Translations under genes and position numbers: made by a program
Part shown: positions 20,585-29,353 of the stretch, in pieces
Position numbering within the stretch: the first letter of the stretch is position 1
How the letters are laid out: the number at the start of each line of letters is the position of its first letter
DNA from: Gemmatimonadales bacterium
GTDB lineage: Bacteria > Gemmatimonadota > Gemmatimonadetes > Gemmatimonadales > GWC2-71-9
Length of the DNA: 32,000 bases
Assembly (NCBI GenBank): GCA_036003865.1
Contig: DASYRZ010000054.1
Location: 28,445 to 60,444, forward strand
Direction: 5' to 3'
The notes under the pieces: model-generated
The model's input: the letters and a program-made list of their open reading frames with translations, nothing else
Database searches by the model: none
What the model was told of the DNA's origin: nothing

Positions 20585-21640
20585 GTGATCACAGCGTTCG
20601 ATCCCGCCGTCGGGTCGCTGGCCCTCCTGCCATTCGAGAAGAACTCGGATCAGTGGGACGCGTTCGTGCAGCGCACCCCCGGCTCCACGTTCTGCCATCT
20701 GGCGGGGTGGCGCGAGATCATGACCGACGTCCTGGGCCACGAGTGCCTGTACCGCATCGCTGCCGATGCGGACGGCAGGTGGCAGGGCGTGCTGCCGCTC
20801 GTGCGGGTGCGCAGCCGGCTGTTTGGTCACTACCTCGTGTCGATGCCGTTTCTCAACTATGGCGGGCCGATCGGCACTCCCGCGGCGCAGCGCCTACTCG
20901 CCGAGGACGCCAACGTGCTCGCGCGGCGCTCAGCCGTTGATCTGCTCGAGTTGCGCACGCGTCACAGTGTGCCGTGCGATCTGGAGATCTCCAATCGCAA
21001 GATTACGGTCGTGCTGAATCTACCGGAGTCACCGGAGCTCCTGTGGCGCAAGGTTCTGCCGAGCTCCCGGCGACGGCAGATCGAGCGCGCCAAGAAGGAG
21101 GGCTTGGAAGCGCGGTTCGGTCCGGATCAGCTGGAGCCCTTCTACGAGGTCTTCGCGCGCAACATGCGTGACCTCGGTACGCCCGTGCTGCCGCGCCGCC
21201 TGTTCGAGGAGATCGCCCGCCTCTTTCCGAATTTCGCGGTGTTCGGTGTGGCCTACGGCAACGGCAGACCCCTTGCCGGCGGCTGCGGCTTCGTCTGGGG
21301 TGATGAATTCGAGATTACGTGGGTCTCGTCATTGCGCGAGTACGATCATCTGATGCCCAACATGTTTCTGTACTGGTCGTACATGCAGCACCTGATTGGG
21401 CGGGGCGTCCGCGTTTTCAATTTCGGCCGCTGTACGCCGAATGGTCGCACGCATCGGTTCAAGCATCAGTGGGGCGGCGTAGATGTGCCGCTCCCGTGGT
21501 TACAGTGGTCTCCCAGCGAGATCGCCACGACGCCATCTCCAGAGCGTCCGATCTATCGGGTCGCCACCGCGATGTGGAGTTACATCCCGGTGCGCGTAGC
21601 GAATCTCGTCGGTCCAGTTCTCGCCCGCCAAATTCCCTAA
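20585..21640 (+). CDS. FemAB-family / GNAT (Acetyltransf_6, BioF2-like) acyl- or aminoacyl-transferase of the type found in exopolysaccharide (PEP-CTERM-type) loci
   Basis: The protein is ~351 aa. It carries FCHLAGWREIM...GVLPLVRVRSRLFGHYLVSMPFLNYGGP and a C-terminal half ...FEITWVSSLREYDHLMPNMFLYWSYMQHLIGRGVRVFNFGR, typical of FemAB-like two-GNAT-lobe proteins. It starts at a GTG. Confidence 0.6.
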   Translation: MITAFDPAVGSLALLPFEKNSDQWDAFVQRTPGSTFCHLAGWREIMTDVLGHECLYRIAADADGRWQGVLPLVRVRSRLFGHYLVSMPFLNYGGPIGTPAAQRLLAEDANVLARRSAVDLLELRTRHSVPCDLEISNRKITVVLNLPESPELLWRKVLPSSRRRQIERAKKEGLEARFGPDQLEPFYEVFARNMRDLGTPVLPRRLFEEIARLFPNFAVFGVAYGNGRPLAGGCGFVWGDEFEITWVSSLREYDHLMPNMFLYWSYMQHLIGRGVRVFNFGRCTPNGRTHRFKHQWGGVDVPLPWLQWSPSEIATTPSPERPIYRVATAMWSYIPVRVANLVGPVLARQIP

Positions 21641-21644
21641 TCGC

Positions 21645-24600
21645 TTGCGTCGTTCTGCCAGGTCGCATTGGCCCAAGCAGATCGCGGCTGTCGCGCTGAC
21701 TCTGGCGCTCGCTTGTACCTCCGATAACCACGTCGTCAGTCCGACGAAGGACTTCGCGCCGTCGGCGACGTCCTCGATCGCTCCCCCCCCCGAGGTGCTG
21801 GTGGGGGCAGGGAACATCGCGACTTGCAGCACGACGAATGATGATGCGACCGCGTCATTGCTCGACAACATCGCGGGCACTGTCTACACGACGGGCGACA
21901 ACATCTACGGATTAGGCGCGCTCGCCGAGTTCCAGACCTGTTACGGACCGTCGTGGGGCCGGCATAAGGCGCGGACCCGGCCGGCGGTGGGCAACAAGGA
22001 GTACCAGACGGCAGGCGCGGCGGGGTATTGGCAGTATTTCGGCGCGGCAGCGGGCGATTCGGGCAAGTACTACTACAGTTACGATCTGGGCGCCTGGCAC
22101 GTGGTCGTGCTGAACAGCCAGATCGATATGACGGTGGGCTCGGCGCAGGAGGTGTGGCTGAAGGCCGACCTCGCCGCGAGCGCGAAGCGCTGCACGGTGG
22201 CGCTGTGGGATCAACCGCGCTTCAGCTCGAGCGGCACGAGCGTGCGGTCGGCGGTGAAGCCGTTGTGGGACGCGCTGTACGCGGCTAAAGCGGACCTGGT
22301 GCTGAACGCGCACTATCGGGTCTATGAGCGGTTCGCGCCGCAGACGCCGGCGGGAGCGGCGGACCCGGTGAATGGGATCCGGCAGTTCACGGTGGGGACG
22401 GGCGGATCGACCGTGGACGTGTTCGGGACGCCGCTGGCGAACAGCGAGGTGCGGGCGACGAGCGTGTATGGCGTCTTGAAGCTGACGCTGGCGGACGGGA
22501 CCTACAGCTGGCAATTCATTCCCATCGCCGGCCAAACCTTCACGGATCAAGGGACGGGCAACTGTCATCGCACTCCGCCCACCAATCAAGCGCCGTCCGC
22601 GAATCCGGGTGGTCCCTATACGTCGTCCACCGGGACGGTGACGTTCGACGGGAGCGGCTCTTCAGATCCGGATAACAACCTGCCACTCGCCTACACGTGG
22701 GCGTTCGGCGACGGCACGCAAGGCACGGGCGTCGCGCCCGCGCACAGTTACGCGGGGAACGGCACCTATACAGTGACGCTGACTGTCACCGATACGCTGG
22801 GTACCGCAAGCACCCCCGCCACCACGACGGCGACGATTGCGACTCCGCTGAACAATCCCCCGGTCGTGAATGCTGGATCGGATGTGACCGTCGGCGTTGC
22901 GTTCAATCTGAGCGCGACGTTCAGCGATCTCGACCTCGACGATGCGCCGTGGACGTATCAGATCGCGTGGGGTGACGGCGGCACGGACAACGGCGGCAGT
23001 GCGACCCAAGCAAGCGCAGTCAGGGCATCGCACACCTATGCGACGAGCGGGTCATACACTGCTCGCGTGACCGTGACCGACAAGAACGGCGGCGCGGGAT
23101 CTGATGATCTGATCGTCACGGTTGCGAACACGAATGTGCTGGTGGGGGCGGCCGACATTGCGGACTGCGGCGTGACTGGCGACGAGGCGACGGCGGCCCT
23201 ACTGGACGCGATCCCCGGCACGGTCTTTACCGCCGGCGACAACGTCTACCCGGAGGGCGATGCAACGCAATTCACGAGCTGTTATCACCCGTCGTGGGGC
23301 CGCCATCTGGCGCGCACGCGCCCGGCGGCCGGTAATCACGATTACCTCGACAACCCTGCGCTCGGCGCCGCCGACTACTTCAATTACTTTGGGCCTGCGG
23401 CCGGTGATCCGACGACGGGGTGGTACAGTTACGACCTCGGCGCCTGGCACGTCGTCGTGCTGAACAGCAATCTCTCCATGACTGCCGGCTCGCCACAGGA
23501 GCAGTGGTTACGGGCGGACCTCGCCGCCTCGAGCAAGCGCTGCACGCTGGCGTACTGGCATCACCCTCGCTTCAGTTCTGGATCGCACCACGGCAGCTCC
23601 ACCGACCCGCTGCCCGTGTGGCAGGCGCTCTATCAGGCAGGCGCGGAAATCGTCATCTCCGGGCATGATCATGCGTACGAGCGCTTCGCGCCCCAAACAC
23701 CCGAGGGCTTCTCCGATCCCAATTACGGCATCCGGGAGTTCATCGTCGGAACCGGGGGCAAGGACCATTACGGATTTAGGACGCCGTTGCCGACCAGCGA
23801 GGTGCGGGACAGCACGTCTTTCGGCGTGCTGAAGCTGACACTGCGTGTCACCGATTACGACTGGCAGTTCATCCCGGTCGCGGGCGCGAGCTCTAGCGAT
23901 GCGGGCAGCGGCTCGTGCCATGGTACCCCGCCACCGAACGCGCCGCCGGTTGCCAATCCAGGTGGGCCGTACGCCTCCTCGACGGGGACAGTCACGTTCG
24001 ACGGCGCTGCCTCATCCGATCCGGATAACCACCTGCCGCTCACCTACGCCTGGACGTTCGGCGACGGGACAACGGGGAGCGGGGTGACACCGACGCACAG
24101 CTACCTGTTGAGCGGTACGTACACGGTACGGCTCGCCGTGATGGATGCATTGGGCGCGTCCAGCGGGTCGGCGAGCACCACAGCGACCATCAGCATCCCG
24201 CCCGCTCCGGTCGCGTCCGTGGACGTCAGTCCTGCCAACGCCAGCATCCAGGCCGGTGTCTCCATCCAGCTCACGGCCACACCGCGAGATGCGAGCGGCA
24301 ACGCGCTGTTCGGCCGGACGATCACCTGGGCGACCGACAACGCCGGCGTGGCGACGGTAGATGGAGGCGGAGTGGTGACCGGGCGGGGGGCTGCGGTTGG
24401 TACCGCCACAATCTCCGCCACGAGCGAGGGGCGGACCGGTGTCGCGACGATCACAGTCACCACGGCTCCGGGCGCGGTGACATTCGTCGGTGCGGGCAAC
24501 ATCGCCTCCTGCAGCGGGACGAACGACGATGCCACCGCGACCTTGCTCGACAACATCGCGGGTACCGTCTTCACGACGGGCGACAATATTTACGGCGACG

Positions 24601-25256
24601 GATCACCGACCGATTTCCAGACCTGTTACGGGCCATCGTGGGGCCGCCACAAGGCCCGGACCCGGCCGGCGTCGGGGAACAAGGAATACCAGGCTCCCGG
24701 CGCTGGGGGCTACTGGCAGTATTTCGGCGCGGCGGCGGGCGATTCGGGGAAGTACTACTACAGCTACGATCTGGGCGCCTGGCACGTGGTGGTGCTCAAC
24801 AGTCAGATCAACATGGCGGTCGGATCACCGCAGGAGCAGTGGTTGAAGACCGACCTCGCGGCGAGTACCAAGCGCTGTACCGTGGCGATCTGGGATCAGC
24901 CGCGGTTCAGCTCGAGTGGCACTAGCGTCCGCTCCGCGGTGAAGCCGCTCTGGGACGCGCTCTACGCGGCCAAAGCCGAGCTCGTGCTGAATGCGCATTA
25001 CCGAGTGTACGAGCGATTCGCGCCGCAGACGCCAACGGGAGCGGCGGATCCGGTGAATGGGATCCGGCAATTCACGGTCGGAACCGGCGGATCGACAGCC
25101 GATCTGTTCGGGACCCCGATTGCGAACAGCGAAGTGCGGGCGACGAGCGTGTATGGCGTCTTGAAACTGACGCTCGCGGACGGGAATTACACCTGGCAAT
25201 TCATTCCCATCGCCGGCCAAACCTTCACGGATTCGGGCAGCGGCGACTGCCACTAG
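21645..25256 (+). CDS. Lipoprotein C (1203 aa): MPE* - PKD - PKD - MPE - PKD - Big_2 - MPE* (* = degenerate active-site motifs)
   Basis: A TTG start lies 4 nt after the femAB-like stop. The lipobox is LTLALAC. The PKD signatures are FDGSGSSDPDNNLPLAYTWAFGDG...YTVTLTVTD and two more. The central MPE domain has GNHDY (23331-23345) and GHDHAYERF (23661-23687). The flanking MPE domains have GNKEY (21990-22004; 24675-24689) and NAHYRVYERF (22305-22334; 24990-25019). Confidence 0.85.
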   Translation: MRRSARSHWPKQIAAVALTLALACTSDNHVVSPTKDFAPSATSSIAPPPEVLVGAGNIATCSTTNDDATASLLDNIAGTVYTTGDNIYGLGALAEFQTCYGPSWGRHKARTRPAVGNKEYQTAGAAGYWQYFGAAAGDSGKYYYSYDLGAWHVVVLNSQIDMTVGSAQEVWLKADLAASAKRCTVALWDQPRFSSSGTSVRSAVKPLWDALYAAKADLVLNAHYRVYERFAPQTPAGAADPVNGIRQFTVGTGGSTVDVFGTPLANSEVRATSVYGVLKLTLADGTYSWQFIPIAGQTFTDQGTGNCHRTPPTNQAPSANPGGPYTSSTGTVTFDGSGSSDPDNNLPLAYTWAFGDGTQGTGVAPAHSYAGNGTYTVTLTVTDTLGTASTPATTTATIATPLNNPPVVNAGSDVTVGVAFNLSATFSDLDLDDAPWTYQIAWGDGGTDNGGSATQASAVRASHTYATSGSYTARVTVTDKNGGAGSDDLIVTVANTNVLVGAADIADCGVTGDEATAALLDAIPGTVFTAGDNVYPEGDATQFTSCYHPSWGRHLARTRPAAGNHDYLDNPALGAADYFNYFGPAAGDPTTGWYSYDLGAWHVVVLNSNLSMTAGSPQEQWLRADLAASSKRCTLAYWHHPRFSSGSHHGSSTDPLPVWQALYQAGAEIVISGHDHAYERFAPQTPEGFSDPNYGIREFIVGTGGKDHYGFRTPLPTSEVRDSTSFGVLKLTLRVTDYDWQFIPVAGASSSDAGSGSCHGTPPPNAPPVANPGGPYASSTGTVTFDGAASSDPDNHLPLTYAWTFGDGTTGSGVTPTHSYLLSGTYTVRLAVMDALGASSGSASTTATISIPPAPVASVDVSPANASIQAGVSIQLTATPRDASGNALFGRTITWATDNAGVATVDGGGVVTGRGAAVGTATISATSEGRTGVATITVTTAPGAVTFVGAGNIASCSGTNDDATATLLDNIAGTVFTTGDNIYGDGSPTDFQTCYGPSWGRHKARTRPASGNKEYQAPGAGGYWQYFGAAAGDSGKYYYSYDLGAWHVVVLNSQINMAVGSPQEQWLKTDLAASTKRCTVAIWDQPRFSSSGTSVRSAVKPLWDALYAAKAELVLNAHYRVYERFAPQTPTGAADPVNGIRQFTVGTGGSTADLFGTPIANSEVRATSVYGVLKLTLADGNYTWQFIPIAGQTFTDSGSGDCH

Positions 25257-25261
25257 CGGTC

Positions 25262-26695
25262 ATGCGGCTGCGTTGTGCTGTTCCCGGCGTGCTGGCCTGT
25301 ACGATTCTGTCCATAGGGGGAGCGGAGTACTTCCGCTCGGTCATCCCGAATGGAGCGGCATCTCCCCAAGCAGGCCGCCGCCCGCTCACCGATCCTGATG
25401 CCGTCCTCCCCGAACCGCGCGTGCCGAAGCCGGCGTACCTGGTGCCCCTGTTTCCCGAGCCGTTTGGGCTGAAAGTGCTGCGTATTACCGATGACACGGG
25501 AAAACAAATCGGCTTCCCCTCGAGCCAGCGCGGCACCTGGGGGTCGGATGCTCGCCACCACTATTCCAACGATCAACCCTGGAGTGCGGATGGAGCCCTC
25601 CTCGCCATCCAGAACAGCGGGGGCGGCACTCCCAACTACGTCTATCTCGATGGCGAGACGTATCGCCCGGTGCGGGGGCCGTGTGCGAATTACGACTATT
25701 ACGACGACCGCTGGCATCCGAGCCGCCGCCACCCACGGGAGCGGATCAACGTCAATCGGACGGACAAGCTCACCTGGTTCGACGTCATCAACTGCACCGA
25801 GACGCGCAGCTGGACCCTGCCGATTCCCGTAAAGGGGATCGGCGGCAACCCGTCGGACGACGGCAGGTTCGTGGCGCTCACCGATGAACGGCACGCGTTC
25901 ATCGTGGACATGGACCCGCAGCCGCCACTCGCACCATATCCCAACCGACGCATTGGACCGCCGCGCGATCTCACGGGCGACTGCGAATTGCCCGAGGGCT
26001 GTGCCGTGAACTGGGTCTCGATCTCGCCATCAGGCCAATACATGGTCGTGAATTACCACGGCGATCACCTGCGCGTCTACGATGTGAACGCCGGCACGCT
26101 CGCTATCACACCGCGTCCCATGCCGACGACGTATCCCAAGTGCAGCGGCACGGCGAGCAATGGGTTCATTTACGACCTTGGGCATCAGGACATGGCGCTC
26201 AACCCGTTCGATCACAACGAAGACGTCATCATCGGCCAGGAGCACTGCGGCAACCGCGGCCAACGGTTGGCCGGCGGGAGGATTCTCGTGGGGGGGGTGA
26301 TGATGGTGCGGTTGCGCGACGGGGCGATCACCGCGCTGACGACGCCAACCAACGAAGCGTATCCCTATCACATATCGACCCGGAATTATGACCGGCCGGG
26401 ATGGGCGTACGTGTCATACTGGCCCTCGGCGGGGGGCCGGGGGAGGTTTAGCGATGAGATCATCGCCGTGCGGATGGATGGCAGCGGCACGGTGGAACGG
26501 TACGCGCACACGCGGACCGAGACGGCGGGGTGCTACCGCTGCGAGGCGCACGCCGTGCCATCGCGGGACGGCAAGCGCATCGTCTGGGCGAGCACGTGGG
26601 GAACGAAACCGCGACCGGGGGGGGCAGGGGGGGCAGGGGGGGCAGGGGGGGCAGCACCGCCGGTCGTGCAGGCCTATGTCGTCGACGCGCGCTGA
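25262..26695 (+). CDS. Lipoprotein D: stand-alone copy of the uncharacterised Cys/His-rich (beta-propeller-like) domain, with a (GGA)4 tail insert
   Basis: The ATG lies 5 nt after the gene C stop. The lipobox-like sequence is GVLAC. The protein is collinear with the C-terminal domain of gene B: WGSDARHHYSxDQPW, VDMDPQxP, ALNPFDxNEDVxIGQEHCGN, GGVMMVRLRDGAIT, YPYHISTRNxDRPGW, GCYRCExH, QAYVVDAR. Confidence 0.8.
   Translation: MRLRCAVPGVLACTILSIGGAEYFRSVIPNGAASPQAGRRPLTDPDAVLPEPRVPKPAYLVPLFPEPFGLKVLRITDDTGKQIGFPSSQRGTWGSDARHHYSNDQPWSADGALLAIQNSGGGTPNYVYLDGETYRPVRGPCANYDYYDDRWHPSRRHPRERINVNRTDKLTWFDVINCTETRSWTLPIPVKGIGGNPSDDGRFVALTDERHAFIVDMDPQPPLAPYPNRRIGPPRDLTGDCELPEGCAVNWVSISPSGQYMVVNYHGDHLRVYDVNAGTLAITPRPMPTTYPKCSGTASNGFIYDLGHQDMALNPFDHNEDVIIGQEHCGNRGQRLAGGRILVGGVMMVRLRDGAITALTTPTNEAYPYHISTRNYDRPGWAYVSYWPSAGGRGRFSDEIIAVRMDGSGTVERYAHTRTETAGCYRCEAHAVPSRDGKRIVWASTWGTKPRPGGAGGAGGAGGAAPPVVQAYVVDAR
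26617..26653 (+). repeat. G8-CA-(G7-CA)3: four tandem 9-nt units (G-quadruplex-type motif) in the 3' end of gene D
   Basis: Counted base by base. It encodes GGAGGAGGAGGA in frame. Confidence 0.95.
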
Positions 26696-27828
26696 AGCGC
26701 AGGGGCCGGCAGCGTCCGCCGCCTGCTGAGCTCGCCGTACATACTGGCGGTGCGCTCGAACATGTGATCGAAGGTGAACTGCGCCTCGTAGCGCGCGCGA
26801 CCGGCGCGTCCTAGGCGCCTCCGCAGCGTCGGAAACTCGAGCAACAGCTCCAGCCGCGATTGGAGTGCGCCGACGTCCCCCGACGGGACGAGGAATCCCG
26901 TCTCGAATTCCGCCACCGACTCGCTCACGCCGCCCACGTCAGATGCAACGACGGGCAAGCCCGCTCGCATTGCCTCGAGGATGCTGCGCGGAAACCCCTC
27001 CCAGCGACTGATCAGCAAGAAGACCTGGCTGCGCGCAAGGTGCTCGGCCACATCATTGCGGGCGCCGAGGAAATGCACGCGATCCGCTATGCCAAGGTCT
27101 TGGGCGAGCGCGGCGATCTGCGCACGGTCCGGACCATCACCGATCAGGTCCAGCTGCCACGCTCGCCCGCGCAGACCGGCGAGCGCGTGCAGCAGCGTCC
27201 CGTGATCCTTCTGCGTCTCGAAACGAGCGACCATGACCAGCCGCACTGGCGAGCCCTCCGGCGTCGTGCGGAGCTCGGGTGCGATGTCCGGCATCCCATT
27301 GTGCACCGTCGTCACCTTCGGCGCCGGGGCGACATGATAGCGGAGGGCGAGCTGTCGGTCGTAATCGCATACGGCAATGACGCGGTCCGCGGCGAGCACG
27401 CCGATGCGCTCGAGCCAGCGGTAACAGTAGGCGGCGACGCGGGGCACGCCCGTCGTGAATGACCACCCGTGCGTCGTCTGGATGCAGGGAATGCCGAGCG
27501 ACGCGGCCGCGAGCGCGGCAAGCCAACCCGCCTTGGCGGCGTGGGTGGAGACGAGATCCGGCCGGAGTTCGCGCAGCACGGCCCGCAGCTCAAAGAATGC
27601 CGCCACATCGTGCCAGGGGTGGATCGGCCGGACGAGATGCCGCAGCGAACGGTACGGAATGGCGCGGCCCCGCAGCTCTTCCGTGAACGGCCCCTCTCCC
27701 CCGACCACGACAACCGGCTCCCCGCCACGCGCGCGCAACTCGAGCGCCACATCGCGGATATGGATGTGCCCGCCGCCGATCGAGTCGGACCGCGTTATGA
27801 CGTAGGCCACCTTGGGAGTGGGGGTCAC
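26674..27828 (-). CDS. Glycosyltransferase family 4 (GT-B, group 1)
   Basis: The N-terminus is KVAYVITRSDSIGGGHIH. The C-terminal motif is SRWEGFPRSILEAMRAGLPVVASDVGG...E (E-x7-E region). The GTG start overlaps the upstream aminotransferase stop (GTGA). Confidence 0.85.
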   Translation of the reverse strand: MTPTPKVAYVITRSDSIGGGHIHIRDVALELRARGGEPVVVVGGEGPFTEELRGRAIPYRSLRHLVRPIHPWHDVAAFFELRAVLRELRPDLVSTHAAKAGWLAALAAASLGIPCIQTTHGWSFTTGVPRVAAYCYRWLERIGVLAADRVIAVCDYDRQLALRYHVAPAPKVTTVHNGMPDIAPELRTTPEGSPVRLVMVARFETQKDHGTLLHALAGLRGRAWQLDLIGDGPDRAQIAALAQDLGIADRVHFLGARNDVAEHLARSQVFLLISRWEGFPRSILEAMRAGLPVVASDVGGVSESVAEFETGFLVPSGDVGALQSRLELLLEFPTLRRRLGRAGRARYEAQFTFDHMFERTASMYGELSRRRTLPAPALQRASTT

Positions 27829-29012
27829 CGGCGGAACGCGTCGATGATGTCGAGCACCGCGTCGATCACGTCGTCAACATCCTGGTCGCTCAGCCGGCAG
27901 TTGAGCGGCAGGCTGATCATGCGGCGGTAGTTGGAGTAGGCGAGCGGATACGTCCCCGGCACGAAGCGATACTTGTCGCAGTAGTAGGGATGGAGGTGAA
28001 TGGGAATGAAATGCACCGAGGTGCCGATATTGCGTTTCGTGAGCTCCTCGATGAATTGATCCCGATCGAGGCGCAGCGCCTCCAGACGCAGCCGCAGCAC
28101 GTACAGATGCCAGGCATGCTCGACGTCCGGCCGTTCCACCGGTGTCTCGAGCGCGTCCTGATCCGCGAAGGCGTTGGTGTAGCGCGCAACCACCTCACGG
28201 CGACGCTGCTGAAAACCCGGAAGCTTCTTGAGCTGCCACAGACCGAGCGCGGCCTGGATGTCTGTCATGTTGTACTTGAAGCCGGGATGGAGCACTTCGT
28301 AGAACCATTTCCCGCCCTTGTCGTAGCGCTTCCACGCATCACGACTCATCCCGTGGAGGCTGATGAGACGCGCCCGCTCCAAGAACTGCGGGCTGGCGGT
28401 CAGCATGCCCCCCTCTCCCGTGGTGAGGTTCTTCGTCGCGTAAAAACTGAACGCGACGGGGTTCGCTCCCGAGCCGATGAGGCGTCCTTTGTAGCGGGCA
28501 GGGACCGCGTGGGCGGCGTCTTCCACGATGGTGACGCCGTGTCGCTGCGCGGCGTGTTCGATGGGATCGAGGTCCACCGGGTGACCGGCGAAGTGGACCG
28601 GAATGATGGCCTTGGTGCGCGCGGTGATCGCCTCCTCCACCGCTCGAGGATCGATGTTCAGCGTATCGGGCTGCACGTCGACCAGCACGGGGCGGGCGCC
28701 GCAGTGCTCAATCACGTTCACCGAGGCGGCGAACGTCAGCGGCGTAGTGATGACCTCGTCGCCGGCGCCGACGCCGAGCGTGACGAGCGCGGTATGGAGC
28801 GCGGCGGTGCAGGAGTTCAGCGCGAGCGCCTGGGGCGCACCCAGAAACTGCGCGAATTCCGACTCAAACCGCTTCGTCTTCGGCCCCGTCGTAATCCACC
28901 CAGACCGCAGCGTGTCCACCACCTCGGCGATCTCCTCCTCGCCGATCAGTGGCGGCGCGAAGGGCAGGAACTGCTCGCGTGGGCGGAGGGGGCGCAGCGA
29001 TGGGATCGTCAT
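27825..29012 (-). CDS. DegT/DnrJ/EryC1/StrS-family PLP-dependent sugar aminotransferase (ArnB/PseC-like)
   Basis: FLPFAPPLIGEEEIAEVVDTLRSGWITTGPKTKRFESEFAQF, DAAHA, and SFYATKNLTTGEGG (PLP lysine) are present. The start at the internal Met (29012) is preferred over the track start at 29114 by comparison with typical N-termini. Confidence 0.85.
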   Translation of the reverse strand: MTIPSLRPLRPREQFLPFAPPLIGEEEIAEVVDTLRSGWITTGPKTKRFESEFAQFLGAPQALALNSCTAALHTALVTLGVGAGDEVITTPLTFAASVNVIEHCGARPVLVDVQPDTLNIDPRAVEEAITARTKAIIPVHFAGHPVDLDPIEHAAQRHGVTIVEDAAHAVPARYKGRLIGSGANPVAFSFYATKNLTTGEGGMLTASPQFLERARLISLHGMSRDAWKRYDKGGKWFYEVLHPGFKYNMTDIQAALGLWQLKKLPGFQQRRREVVARYTNAFADQDALETPVERPDVEHAWHLYVLRLRLEALRLDRDQFIEELTKRNIGTSVHFIPIHLHPYYCDKYRFVPGTYPLAYSNYRRMISLPLNCRLSDQDVDDVIDAVLDIIDAFRR

Positions 29013-29353
29013 CGGCTCGAGTCTCAGGTTGCAGTTGGGTTTGTGACACGACAGGAGTGCCATCTCGCAAGGGACGTGCACAAGCGGCGTCCGGCGTAAC
29101 ACACCATCAGGCAATGGGTTGCGAAACGGCGCCCCGAGACCGTCGGCGGGTCGCTGTCAGCCATCTATCGGCGGACTTGTAACCAATCTGCTACAAGACC
29201 CGCTGACGCCCAGCCGCCGTGCTCTCTCCAAAGACCTGAGCGGCGAAGCTATGTGCCTATAAGGAGTTCGCTTAACTCCAGCTCCGCAAAACGGGCAGGG
29301 AAGGCACAAGACTTGTAATCCGAGCGGACGACAACAGCCCGTCCTGAGGATTC

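Noticed and set aside
29013-29353. A second GEMM-type riboswitch in the divergent region upstream of lipoprotein E
   Set aside because: It contains GCAAAAC and small hairpins (for example ggagtt-cgctt-aactcc at 29263-29279). It lacks the GAAA-capped P2 stem followed by GACGCAAAGC, so it is not called. It may still be a structured leader.
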